From contig CM060732.1 in assembly GCA_030704615.1 (NCBI GenBank), positions 51,026,001-51,090,000 of the forward strand: a stretch of 64,000 bases of DNA, given 5' to 3'. A program made the position numbers and the translations under genes. This DNA comes from Takakia lepidozioides (Eukaryota > Plantae > Bryophyta). Below, piece by piece: positions 1 through 12,399 of the stretch. Positions within the stretch are counted from its first letter, which is position 1; each line of letters begins with the position of its first letter. The notes under the pieces were generated by a model. That model saw only the letters and a list, made by a program, of their open reading frames with translations. It was not told the origin of the DNA and ran no database searches.

Positions 1-585
1 CCTCTGGACCCGACAACTATGCTTGAGGGTGGCGAAAGTGTGAATGATCTAGATATCGACACAGGAGGGTGGCTGGAAGACGATATCAACATGGAAAAGT
101 TAGCTCATGAGTCAACTAACTGTTCTAGCAGGACTGGTACTGAGCAGCAAATAGGCGATGACAATGGAGGGATACTAGATCTTGAGGTGAAAAGTCTACC
201 TTCAGAGAGGGCTGCTAATTTGTCTGATGGAGAGGTTCTGGGACCCAAGGAGGTGGAAAGAGTGCCAATGGTTGAAGCAGCTAGTCAATCAGACAGGTCT
301 AGAGGCAATAAATGGGACCCCGATGAGACATTGGACCAAGACCCCATATCCAGCAGAGATAGTCACCGGGAGGAAGATGGCAGGACAAGAAGGGAGGGAA
401 AAAGGAAAAGAGAACTGGAGAGAGATAAAAGTAACGCTAAAGGGAGCTGTAGTGAAGCTCATAAGTCAACCAAGCAAAAGTTGCATGTGAATGTGGACAG
501 GAACAAAGATGATAGGTCTGCCAGAGATAGAGACATCAGGCATGGTGCTGACAACAGATCGCATCGTTATCGGAAAGCAAACTAG
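1..585 (+). CDS. 3' end (last exon) of a gene with acidic then R/D/K-rich low-complexity C-terminus, possibly a nuclear/splicing-associated protein; 5' part outside window
   Basis: Frame is open from base 1 to TAG at 583-585. Tail has RD/RE/KR dipeptide runs (RRE GKRKRELERDK, RDRDIR). No family-defining motif is visible. Confidence 0.55.
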   Translation, partial: PLDPTTMLEGGESVNDLDIDTGGWLEDDINMEKLAHESTNCSSRTGTEQQIGDDNGGILDLEVKSLPSERAANLSDGEVLGPKEVERVPMVEAASQSDRSRGNKWDPDETLDQDPISSRDSHREEDGRTRREGKRKRELERDKSNAKGSCSEAHKSTKQKLHVNVDRNKDDRSARDRDIRHGADNRSHRYRKAN

Positions 586-1049
586 TCCAGATTGGGAAGA
601 GAGGGACTCTACTGATTGAAGATTCATGCTATCTGTGACGGCTGATGATTTTCTCTTTCCTTCAAGTCAATGAAGGTTGATGTATTTTTAAAGGTACCAC
701 TCCTACTCTGATATGGAACTAGGTGAAATCTGCGAAATAAGTGTGTTAGGTGGTTGCACAAGTTTTTTTTCCCAAAGAGGGGATATGTTCTCTTCATCTT
801 TTATGTCCTTGCCTTTAAATGTCGCTCAAGGTTTACCTGCACTAAAATGGATAGTTAAATCTGAGCATCCTTATTATAATACACAACTTGTTGCAGTAAA
901 GAATTCATGACCCCTTCAGCAGCATTGGCTTTACGATGGGATCAAACAGTCAGTCACCAATCTGAGCATCTCATATGAGACTCTAGCTATCCGCGGATAT
1001 GTGGATTCCTACACTTGAAGGGAAGTGCATATAATCTGTGGCACTGAAG

Positions 1050-2760
1050 AAATGCTGAACAGTTGCTAGTTTCTGCTCAACAGTAACAGCCAAGCGGAGG
1101 GGGTTCGGTGAGAACAATCGAGGATACCTTCTGTCTGGAATGTTTCTGACATGGGAAAACTTGGCTGGAGCACCGTTGAGAGTTTGAAGAAAAATCGAGG
1201 ACTTGATTCATGGCTGGAGTAAATCCTAAAGTTTCTAGGGCTTTCAGCTTTATGGAAAGGGGGGTATCCTCTCTGTCTGGTAAGGAAGGATATGTGTGGT
1301 CTGTGATTTGCGTTATCTTTCCACTAGAGCACCTTCTTGGTTGAAATGTTTCTTCTGCCAGTGGTTGTGCTACTTTTCACTAGCATTGTGGACCTTAGCG
1401 ATCCCCAGGAGACTGGAAATAGTCCTTGGTGTACCTATTGAAGGATCTGTTGATGCCTTCTGTCCTTGTGTTCGAAGTCCAAAGGAGTGTCAGGAAGCTC
1501 AATGCCGTTGTCTTGATAGAAGTGCAGTTTGTCTCTTGAAGGCTGTTTTCAAATTACAAGTGTTCTCTTGAAGGTTGAGCTATCTTTAATCCTTTTTGTA
1601 GCATTTAGGTTTGAAGAGGTCCTTCCACATGGAGCCTCCCCTGGCAGTGATAAAGAGGGACCTCTCATTCAAAGAATATGATGGAAGCAGCATCCACTTA
1701 CATGGCCCATAGAATTCTGAGGTTTGGGTTATTCCTTGGAATGAGGATATAGCTCAGGGAATGAAGAGAGAATATTTAAAATGACTGATGAGTGTGGGCT
1801 GCTGATTGTGCAGTGAAAGCCACTCTTGAGGAACTTAAAAGAAGAGAAGACAAAGCATTTAGTCAGATAGAGGCGACCTACCTGGAGGTGCATGCAGTAA
1901 GTGTGTCTTCTCTGTTTCATGTCCCACCTACTGGGAGGATTGGTGCCTTCATCGATTTATTACTCGTAGCCTTTGGAATTGTCATCTAGCCATCCGTCCC
2001 TGCCTGAGTTGTGGAAGAGACAAGAGAGGTGGGTGGCAGATTTTTGGAGAGTGAGAGTAGGGAATGGAGCGATCTCAGTTTGTGGGTTGTGTCAGGCAGT
2101 GCTGCTTTTGATGAACCCATCTGCTTGTTTTTGGGTGGGGGCAAGAGTCTGATAACGTTTGATTAGCTTCCGGGTAGACTTGTCAAACCGTTGGGGAATC
2201 GGGTTTAGAGCTTCAGCTCGCGGAGGGCATTATTAAAGTCATTACACATCTGAATTGTGTATATTTGTTTAGGAGAAAGCTGCTGGAATTGGATTGCTGC
2301 GTGATTTCGTTCCAGGTATTATTGGAGCGGGCAGGCGATGCTAGTCCCTTCCATTAAATTAGTACATTCTTTCCAGTGTGAGGGTTTTGACTGGGGATGA
2401 GCCGGGGATACATGTGTGCTCGGGCGACCTATACATGACTTCGAGCGCTCGTGCTTTTGAGGGGTCAAACAGTGTGGTATGGAAACCCCGTGGTCCACAT
2501 TCACTTGTTGAGGTTTCGGATCAATCTTGGGGACCAGACCTGCTAAAAATGAGAGTGCTTATTGCCTTCATCAAAGTAGAGCTGCTTAGCATGTTCTAAT
2601 ACCATCAGATCCTTCTTGTCCTAGAGAATCACCTGATGATTTCCTTGAAACAGACCATATACTGGCTAGTTTGGTTGAAACAAGGGGAGGGGCGTGGGAT
2701 GGTCTGTTTCTCTCAATGTGAAAGACATATCGTCCTCATGAGGTTGTTAGTTACGACTGG
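1050..2760 (-). mobile_element. Highly degenerate L1-type LINE ORF1 (DUF4283-like) remnant
   Basis: Broken minus-strand reading ...WSP.IDPKPQQVNV..GVSIP...CIGRP resembles plant L1 ORF1. Many stops and frameshifts. Boundaries approximate. Confidence 0.3.
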
Positions 2761-3799
2761 AGAGAGAAAACGAAAAAGAGAAATGTATTATGTCAGAGTT
2801 CAAGGGTCTAAGGGAGAGATTATGACATGTACATCAGACTATGCTGGCTACTAGTACATTTGGGTATCGATGCAATTACATCTGGGAGTTTTTCCTTACC
2901 CTTTGAGTTATATTATCAACTACTATGTCTCAAGATCCAATACTGTGTGACCATATATCCGCTGCTTGCTTTCAAAGGAGCACAGAAGGGCAGGGGACAT
3001 AGGAGAACTGAAGGTCTCCAACATCCTGCAAGGCTAGTTCCTGTGGTGGGTCTTTTAAAATGAAATTAATTCTAGCTAGGAAGAAAGAGAAGAGTATGAT
3101 GTCGAATTAAAAAATGGATCTTGCTTGTTTTCAACACTCATTACTGTGATGTATTCCATTCAGGGCTTAGGCCCCTCCAACAAAAAGGTAGCGGGAGCTC
3201 CATGCTAGGTAGTAATGGGAAAATTGAAGCGTCCCGATGAAAATAAGCTGAATTTTATCCAGCATCGCCCCGGACTCTGTTTCCTGGCTAACACTATTGA
3301 CCATGAAATTTATTATAACCTATGTCCCTTGGGGACCTTTGATCAAACATGGCCATTTGCAAAATAGTGTGGAGTAAAACTGCTGTTGCTTTGATGATGT
3401 CTGTTATAGAGCATGTGTGGTACCTAGAAGGTTGACTCTTACCAAAGTAAGCATAACTCATGGTGTCACTTCACTCTCAAAGGAAGGGACAGTCCCTGGG
3501 TACTAAATGTATCAAACACCTATGTGGCTTTCAACCCACGATCACTTATAAGGCGACTTTGTTCCTTAACCTTCGGTCCATCTATTGGATGTTAACAAAG
3601 ACAGTAGATTGTGCTTGGATCATGGGCCAATCTGAATCAACAGATGGGGTTGATTTAAATTAAAAAAATTAGCAGCAGGTGTTTGGATCAAATTGTCAAA
3701 CAGATAGGAGGCTTCAATATTCCCAACCAATGCATTCATCAAATTAAATTTTATGGTGGTGGCCGCGATCACAGCCCAATTGCTACATGCAGACAGAGA

Positions 3800-4700
3800 G
3801 ATTATGACTAATTAAATTGTATTTCAAATGAACCATCACACTTGCTGTAGCTGGCATCCATCTTCCTCCATATATTATTTTGTTGAAGTGCCAACAACTG
3901 CCATAAAATATCCAGAGCGTTCACTGCATCACAGAACAGCCACAGCGGCGTGAGCAGATGCATAGATCCTCTGAATCCTCTTCCATCAAGTATGGTTGAG
4001 TCAAAGAACAACCCAGCTACTCAATACGCCCCCAAGGCTGCAGCATGTGTTGCTGAGTATTTCCCATTTCCTCTGTCTGTGCAGTCTACTTAAGAATGGG
4101 CTCGTAATTAACAGCTTCAGTCAGACCACCATGTGTCACTTCGCAGAGGGTCAGCGTCGCGATGCTGGAATTAACATCATGCATTATAGTCAGATGTCAA
4201 TTCCATCCCTTGAACATCGTACCCAAGAGGACATGGGAAGCATCCCTATTCACGCATCCTGGAGCCAGGAAAACTTTCAAAAACTAAGGAGCTTGTGACA
4301 TCACAGAAGAAACTTCGATTAGGGCCATCAATTTCAGACATGACGTACCTGAGCAGATTTGGCAGCTTGCGTTGCAGCTTCTTCCATAAGCCGAGCATCC
4401 CTTTCATCCATCGCTCGATCCCATGCATCATGCACTGGATGCTTTGGCTGCAAGTCACCGAGGAATTTAGCACCAGACACCATGAATCAACCCAAATGCA
4501 GAGAACACTTGATATCTGACTAGAATCACATCACTTTGAAACAGGAGTGTACACACACACCTTTCCATAGATGGCTTTGTGGATAACATATTGCGAAGTG
4601 CCCATGACAAACATCATAGCGGAGATGACTCCCAGGGGGAGCATTGCTTCCCAAGACATGATTCCGCCCTCTTCTCAAAACCCTTCTTCCCTTTCTATTC
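3800..4700 (+). mobile_element. Degenerate Ty1/copia RT-RNaseH remnant
   Basis: Fragmentary similarity to copia RT/RNaseH motifs in the expected order (GSL..; P...HW; LWITYC..TNIIAEMT.RG). No intact ORF. Confidence 0.3.
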
Positions 4701-5031
4701 CTGCTTTCTCTGCCAGACCCGCAACGCTCTCTGGAATCCCACCACAGCAATCAACCCTAGATTGAGATGCTCTCTTCCTCTCTGCCTTCAGCAGAAATGG
4801 ATGAATTTGAACCCTGTGGATGATGACTAGGTATCTCCCATGCATCACATACTCGGGGTTTCTTGATGTCATATGATGCGGATTAAGAGTAATTAAAGAT
4901 TAGGCTTCTGCATTGGTCACTAAACATGCATCAGTTGCTGTAAGTAGGCAGGAACGAGAGTTTGGAACATCCATTTCATTGGAAAGAGGAGCACTCTTTG
5001 TATCCTCTTGGGGACAGTTACACCCATTTGT

Positions 5032-5073
5032 ACAGTCACCCCACTTGGGTCCTTCTATAAAGCTATGCAGGTT
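5032..5073 (-). repeat. Dispersed ~40-bp repeat, copy 1
   Basis: Reverse complement reads CCTGCATAGCTTTATAGAAGGACCCAAGTGGGGTGACTGT and matches 20221-20260 and 5428-5457. Confidence 0.85.
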
Positions 5074-5405
5074 TTCCGTCTTTGTATGCATTTTGGCTCA
5101 AAATGTTGGTTGGGTTACTGTAAGTATTTGGAGATTGTTGGCAGTGGCAAAGCCACTGGTCCTCTTCTTGAAAAACTGTCGAGGATTGGTAAGTAATGTC
5201 CAGAGCCGGCTCAGGGCAGCAGACCATTGCCAACTGTTTTGTGGGTCGACGTGGTGATGATGAGCAAGCGCTTCTAGTGGCATGATGCCCACATGGATAC
5301 GCCTCGTTTGCCACATGGACAGGGTGCAATTCAACCTAGCCCAGTCAGCTGTGAAGAGTCTCGAGTTCTCAGAAGAGATTCATCACGTTGAGGACAGAAG
5401 GGAAG

Positions 5406-5473
5406 AGATCTGGTATCTGTGTATACAAACCTGCATAGCTTTATAAAAAGACCCAAGATCTGGTATCTGTGTA
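5406..5473 (+). repeat. 32-bp insertion flanked by an exact 18-bp direct repeat
   Basis: AGATCTGGTATCTGTGTA occurs at 5406-5423 and 5456-5473. The insert 5424-5455 is a piece of the dispersed repeat above. Confidence 0.85.
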
Positions 5474-5508
5474 GGTACTGGATATTGCGTGAGTTGAAGT
5501 GTGCAGTT

Positions 5509-6189
5509 ATGGAGTCAGATTCTCCTTCCCCTTCTTCACTTTCGACGATTGTTTCTTCTGATATTGCTTCTGCAGATGGGTTTTCCCCTGCCAGCTCCCC
5601 CTTTCTGAACAGGGTGTGGGCTGGATTACTACGTCTCCCCCCTCCCCCCCCTCATGTTCTATCTGCCTCTTTGTGTCCTCCTTCTGCCCACCTCTTCCTT
5701 TCTTCGGCTGCTTTATTACAATCCTGTACCCCGTCGTCTTCTTCCCTTTCTTCAACTCAATTCACCTCTCACCCATTGCCGTTTTCTTCCACTTTACTGC
5801 CCATAGTTAGGTCGCTGACTCAAGTCCAAAACGCTCCGCGGTCTGCCCCGTCGAGCCTCTCCTTCCGTTCTTTCTTTTCTTCATCTCCAGCGAACCAACC
5901 TTACAAGGAGTACAAACTACCACCTCCGGTCAACCCCCCTGATGCAGACATTCCAGATCAGGCAACATTGAGAGAGCAATGGAACAATGCAATCCGACTC
6001 TACAGCCGGTGGTATGGGCATGCCTGGGGTACTGCAATATTGGGAGGGTTCTTATTGTTTCTGGTGGGGTGGCAGGTCAAGGGCGAGAACCCATTGAAAC
6101 ATTCTAAATTTTCGAAGAAAGAGGACGAGGCATCGGAGGCATCGAAGGAGGCAAACACCGCGGGAAAGAAGGATGACCCATCGAAATAG
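5509..6189 (+). CDS. Conserved plant single-pass membrane protein of unknown function with S/P-rich N-terminal extension (possible organellar targeting)
   Basis: ATG at 5509 follows a TGCAG acceptor-like site. The C-terminal block PDQATLREQWNNAIRLYSRWYGHAWGTAILGGFLLFLVGWQVKGENPL matches a small land-plant family I recall. One hydrophobic helix. Confidence 0.75.
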   Translation: MESDSPSPSSLSTIVSSDIASADGFSPASSPFLNRVWAGLLRLPPPPPHVLSASLCPPSAHLFLSSAALLQSCTPSSSSLSSTQFTSHPLPFSSTLLPIVRSLTQVQNAPRSAPSSLSFRSFFSSSPANQPYKEYKLPPPVNPPDADIPDQATLREQWNNAIRLYSRWYGHAWGTAILGGFLLFLVGWQVKGENPLKHSKFSKKEDEASEASKEANTAGKKDDPSK

Positions 6190-7365
6190 AGCTAGCTTAA
6201 ACGATTGCTGTGCTTCAGAGGAGAGCTTGGCCGAGTGGGTACCTGCTCTTCACCAAACCACCTCTGATCAACAGATGCAAATTACGTGCAGACTTCTACC
6301 ACAGCAAACTGTATCTACATCATATCCATTATGTTAAGAGTCAGAGTTAAGTTCTTCTGACTGGTTCGCAGCATTATGTAAATTCAGCCCTGAAGGCTAT
6401 GCCAGAACCAAGCATCTTTTGTTGAGTCAAGTGCCAATCTAATGTCCAGATCTCATTGTACACTATCATCAACTGAACTATTGCACATGAAGATGACATT
6501 TCTGCAATGTCTGTTGCTATAAACGTTGAATGTCCACATGTTCAGAAGCAGGGAGCTACCCCTAGTGCAGTTTGGCGTGCACATCTATATGTGACATCAA
6601 GAATAGTGTCAACTAAGTTATCTCAAAACATTTTGTGGACTGTCCTAAACCGGTGATGTAGCCCAAAAACAAGGTGTGCAAGATTATGGCAACAGCTTTT
6701 TGCTGCACTTATAACGTTGTGCTTTGTCTTCCTGGTTAATTTCCATCAAGCACTTTGAAGTTGGTTTGCCCATTTTCAGCTGGTCTCCTGTAATTTCTAC
6801 CAGGGTCAGCTTTTCTTGGCTTAACAATGTTGTGGTCAAGTATGTGTACTCGTAAATTCTGAACCAGGTGCCACCAAAGCAAAATACTATCCACAACCAT
6901 TCAATTTGTGAACAAGCTGGACCCTGCATTTGCATGGAGTGTCGTAGTTCTTCTGGTGACACCAAATAAGATTTTTCCACGGTTTTGAACTTTGAAAGTA
7001 ATCAATGTTGAATCACTAAGCTCACTGAGCATCCAATAAAAAGTCTCATACTCAATTGATGGTAGTAACCAAAGGGGCCTCTGAAAACTACGTTAGTGTG
7101 GGTAAGAAGCCTATGTTACAAAATTACAACAGAAACAGTCTGCACAGACAAGAAACAATACCATAGTCTGCTCAAGTTTCTAGTGCACTGGCAGGTTTGG
7201 TAGCATGTGATGTTTACAATCAAGCCACATGCTGCCTTTATTGACAGGGTTTGGAATGTCCAGAATCTATTTTCTTCAGGGCTATTGACCAGATACTCCA
7301 AAAGAGAGAATAGTGCATGTGCTACACACTGGCCCCATAACATGCCTGCACATGTTGTCTGTGTT

Positions 7366-10300
7366 TCACTTCTTCAAGAGCTTCAAGACCGACTCATACA
7401 CAAGAAAAGTGATGGATGATGAAGGTACAACCCTCAAGAGGTTGGGTACGATGCCTTTATACAACCCACGCATGCCTTCATACCTGTCATCCACAGATCA
7501 CCCCCTTATACTCCAAATGATCTAAATGTTTAGACCTTGCTTCATGCTTTACATCAAACTTGAATGGTGTGATCCTCAGAGGGGGATCTAGGAGTCCTCC
7601 CTAGGCTCCTGGGGTCTCAGGTAAGGGGTAGAATTACAGAAGAGGTTGTACAGTTCCAACTACTCTGGGAAAGAAGTGACTAGATGTTGCGAGTTCACCA
7701 CACCATGCAATATGAATCCACCGGCTACTAAAGCTAGCTGTGTACACAATGCAGCGACCACACTTCAAGTCATACCTTGAAAGTCTTCTAACCAGTGCTT
7801 TGAAAAGGCTCTACAACCCGAACGGAAGCACAGATTGGAAAATAAGAGCCGAGTTCCAGGAAGCTGCAAAGGTTTACCTTAGGATGTCTCTGAAGGCCTG
7901 CCTGCTGTCCAGGTACTTCACCACTCCAGATTCATCTGGTCGTTGCTGTGCATGTTTTAGTTCACCCGTCAGAGCTTTTACATCCACCCAATACATAGAC
8001 ACAAGACCATACATCTTTAGTTTCTTAAGTGGTACTGTTCTGTTCTTGAGAAGAGACCAACATACATGGGGAAGAATGCTAGCTTTCAAACTGACAATTT
8101 TTCCTCAAGGTAACTTGGTGATGGTTGAGCACTACCTGAAGGCGAGCTCGTATGACCTGCAACAAGGAATCCACATGTACACAAGTTGAGGAATTAGATT
8201 TGAATAATGTGTACACTATTAAAGACATGACTAAATGAGATGACTGTGGGACTGCAATGATCAAGGTGATTATAAAGAATGTGCATCCTCAAGGGGTTAT
8301 TTCCAGTGCATTCAAAACGTTCTGTCGGCTGTCAACTTCTTTGCTGTCCCGTCACTGCGCTTGAGCAGGACAGGACATTGCTCTGCCCCCTACTTTATAC
8401 CAGTAATAAAGGAAGAATACAATTGGGGCACTGTTGTGTGATTGAAGATGTGCAGCTCATCAAGTCTCGCTCAAGACATAGTTCCACTCTTTCCACCTAA
8501 TCATTGTGATTGCTAAGGTCCTAGTCTCCTTTCTGGAAGAAAACCTCGGATGGTGTAGTGAGTAAATAGTATACCTGATATGGATAGGTGAGGAAGATAG
8601 CAAAAAGCTTGGATGATGCGCCTAAAAGAGCAATGTCAAGAGGTGTCTGAGACACAGTACATCACAGAATATGTGCGATTAGAAAGTCTATTACTCGCAT
8701 ACAAGTATTAGCTTGTGATTTTGGGGGTCATCCAACATGCACCTATGTGGCTTTGAATTTTGAAAGGTGGCCTTGTGTCCTAACCATGGCATCTGTTGGA
8801 TGCTGTTGTCTTTTACTCTGACCTTGACAACCTCCTTGATTTCAGTGTTTATGCTCCCCAGGTGGAGAGGCAATTGGTTAGAGAAAGAAAGAGAAAAAAC
8901 GTTTAATACGTCAATGGGGGCACATGAACTACAATCTAACCAGAATACTGCATCAAAAGACCCCAACTTTACTCTGTCTCAGAGAGAAGAGATGCCCTGC
9001 AAGGTTCAGCATTCTTCGCTTGTCAAGGTTTTCTGATGTAGGTTTTCTTTATAAAATTTGATCCCGGGTATTTCTTCCTTCCTTGCAAAGGAACATCCAG
9101 TGAATAAAACACAGAAAACAGAGAAAGAGAATTAAAAGCTGTATAAGAATATTGAAAAGGGCAAAGAGGAGCAAAACAGGTGGGGGCTTACATACCAAAA
9201 GATCTTCACCACTCTTAGACTTTTGTTGGTCAGCAGCCCTTTTCGAGTGCAAGGCAATAAGCAGTTTTCGGCCTTCTTCATATGCCATGAACTGTAGTGC
9301 TCCATGAGATACCTGCACTTCCTAGGCTTCAATCCATCGATCTACCTGTTTTGGAGCACATTCTTTCTATCTGGTAACTAGTTACTGAGCATCCATGTTC
9401 AAGTGCCAGGAGTAAGAGAGGTGGTCATCTTCAGACTGACCAGAGGAATGAAAAGAAAAGCTTATGTAATATGTACCAGACAAGGCTAAAGACACTCACA
9501 AGGATAAGGCCCGGGCCCAGTCCTTTGTAAAGACCACGCCAACCCTCCTCTCTGAGAATGCTTCGCAAAGCATCTGCATTTCAGCTTGTTCCCTTAGTTT
9601 CGAATGGACAGCAGGTCAAGAAAATAGATTTAATGTAGGATAGAATGGTACTCATAGCTCCCATGACTGTTCGCAGCACATGATAATATCCGCATCTTGA
9701 CCAGTAAGACCACCCATATAATTGTGAGATTATAAGTACTGACGCACCTGGAATCTCTGAAAATATAAATGATATTCTGAAGGTATGAGCAATGGAATAT
9801 ACCTGCAAAGCCCATGTAAGGTCGACCGCCATGGCCAGGGGCCTGAAGCTGTAACCGTGTTTTCACAACCCACACTGGATTCGTAAGCACGCACACCTGA
9901 CCCCACCCCACAACCACATATTTGAGTGCAACTTTACCCTGTTTCATACATGACTTTATTTGGCAAAACAGGTTGAAGCCAACTTACAGTAAAAGGCACA
10001 GGCCTGAAGAGCCACTTACCAAAGTGCACAGCCACACAATCAAAGCCTACATGGCTGCCACAAACAGGATGATGACTGTTGATCTAGAATCAACACACTT
10101 ACAAGCTTGGCCTTTTGGAACTGCCAGAGAAAAGACCTACAGACACGTGGGTATTCTCTATACAAACAAGATGAGTTGGTCTTCCAAACATCTTGCTTCC
10201 TGGAAGACAAACAGAAACTGCTCCTCCCTTAGGTAGGACAACACTGGGGCCACAGGTTCAAGAGCAAAGGGAAAGCAGCACACAATTGTCCCAGCCTCTG

Positions 10301-11984
10301 CAGCTGAAAGGAGGTGGTGAGCGGGTCCTAATCCTCTCCCAAGTCGGTGCTGATGCCACTCTTTTATATTGCTGTAACTGCACCAAAAACATTAAGGCAG
10401 TAAATATGCCTACCTCTGATCTGAAAGATCACTGTGAACGGTCACAATGTGGTCCCTCAACAAATCCTCCAATTGGAAATTAGATTTTGTTCCACTTAAG
10501 CTTGGAAGATAGAGAGCTTCAACTCATGTTGCAGCACATAGATGTATAGAATTCAAAACCATCGAGTGGATCCACTGTAATAAATTAACACAGAAGAGAA
10601 ATTCTTGGAAACCCAAGCAAGACAGCGCCCAACACCAGAAAAGGGGAAAGTTGGAAGGAAATTGTTGCGACTGCCCTGTTGTCCCTCCCACTGATAGGAA
10701 AATCTTATCTGCAAGTAATATAAACGAGGCTTGAAGCATAATGTACTCACAAGAAGAAGTAAAGGCCCCATGAAAGGCCCGATCCCAAGATAGCTGGAAA
10801 AAGGCCTGCATACAACCCTCTCAAACCCTGCCATCATCACCACCCAAAGACACTGTTGTAAATTGGAACTGTCTGAAAGCAACCCAATCCAGTCTGGCAT
10901 GCTTTCCCTTCAGGTTGAAGATTGCTAACATCCAGCTCCTACCAGCCAGCACAACTTGAAACTTTGAAAGACTGCGGCCAAAAATCATCCCACTTTGGCT
11001 CTCTGTCCAGCATTGGAAACACAGCTAGAGTGGAGGTACCTCTGTACGGGCTATTGTGACCAAAGCATGTGCTGTGTTCTCATACTTGGGAATGGTTGAA
11101 TGGCGCCCATCATGCACTACACATACAACATTGGCTGCAAGTGAAAACCGAGCAAGCAGTACACATGAAACTTCTATAAATGGGACAGTTTGGAAGTCAG
11201 TAGATTCTTCATACGCTGCACATACGTCGTCCGTTGCAAATGAAAATTCAAGCATGCATGCATATGAAAGTACTAACTATGTCACAATATAGAAGCCAGT
11301 AAACTATTTCCAGAGCCTGAGGGACGAAACAGAGCTCTAGTCGTAACTAGAGCTCTCTGTGAAAGCTCTGATGGACTATGCCAGATACAAACGAGAAGTA
11401 GGGGGAACTTCGATAGACAGTAACATTCTGCATTGATGCTGAGTTTCTGAACAATGGCATTCGCAGGGTAACGCATGAAGGCGGAGCATTGGTGTCCAAA
11501 GAGGTTCCAGACTCTGTAGGTATAATTCCTGCATAAGATGTCGACCTAACTCGTCGTCTCCCTACACTGACCCAATAACATGGCACATCGGAGACTTGCT
11601 CCGCTAAACAAAAGTGTGCTTTGACACTGAAGCTGCCTCGAAATTGAAAGCGGAAGAAGAGCAAAAGGCGGGTAGATTGCATACCCATTCCAATGAGCTT
11701 TCTCATTTTACCGTACGATGTTGATTGATATTCCTGAGAGCCTCAGGCATCACTGTGCCTTCAAGCACCCAACCAGGAGAATTGGAATTGCACAGACTCA
11801 GGTTTCTAAACGTGCAAAGTCTAGTGCAACCGTCCAATGTGCAGGGAGGAAGCATGGCACCTTGAAAGCGGGTGCGAACAATGTCGAGAGGATGGAGGGA
11901 GACGACGGTGGCGACGCCCGCCACTGCACCAGCTATTGCATCCCCCCACCTCCAATGCTCCCACTTGAACTGCATGCTCTGCAT
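7366..11984 (-). CDS. FOLT1: Folate transporter 1 (mitochondrial carrier family, SLC25A32-like), 11 exons
   Basis: Exons (minus): 11984-11861, 11116-11040, 10827-10751, 10377-10284, 9896-9803, 9573-9500, 9312-9196, 8646-8575, 8156-8136, 7945-7878, 7483-7366. All are GT-AG and phase-compatible. Three carrier signatures ([33 protein letters not shown]). Collinear with Arabidopsis FOLT1 as recalled. Confidence 0.93.
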
Positions 11985-12399
11985 TGCACCCTGATTCTGC
12001 CCACGTCATAAATGCCTCACTACGATTTTCATGCTTTTCTCTTCCCAGGGAGAAGTGTGCTCGCCACTGTGGTTCATGCAGCAGCTCCAAGCATCACCAC
12101 CATCTGTACTGACCAATTTGCACAAACACTGCGATAAGTCTTCTGTAGGCATCCTTTCTGCACACTGTAGAAGTGAACTGATGATGAGAAGACCAGAATT
12201 TAGGTCAAAGAATCCAGTTTCCATAAGAAACTTCCAAAAGACAAGTACATTTTACACAACATGTAGTTTCAGACTCGGGCCTATTCAGGAAGGAAAGGTA
12301 AAAGGAGGGAAGTATATAAAACCTTCAGAGACACATCAACAAACCGGCCGTGGAACTACTCTTTGGGGGTCGAGCAGTGTTTGAGCAATAGTATTATCA

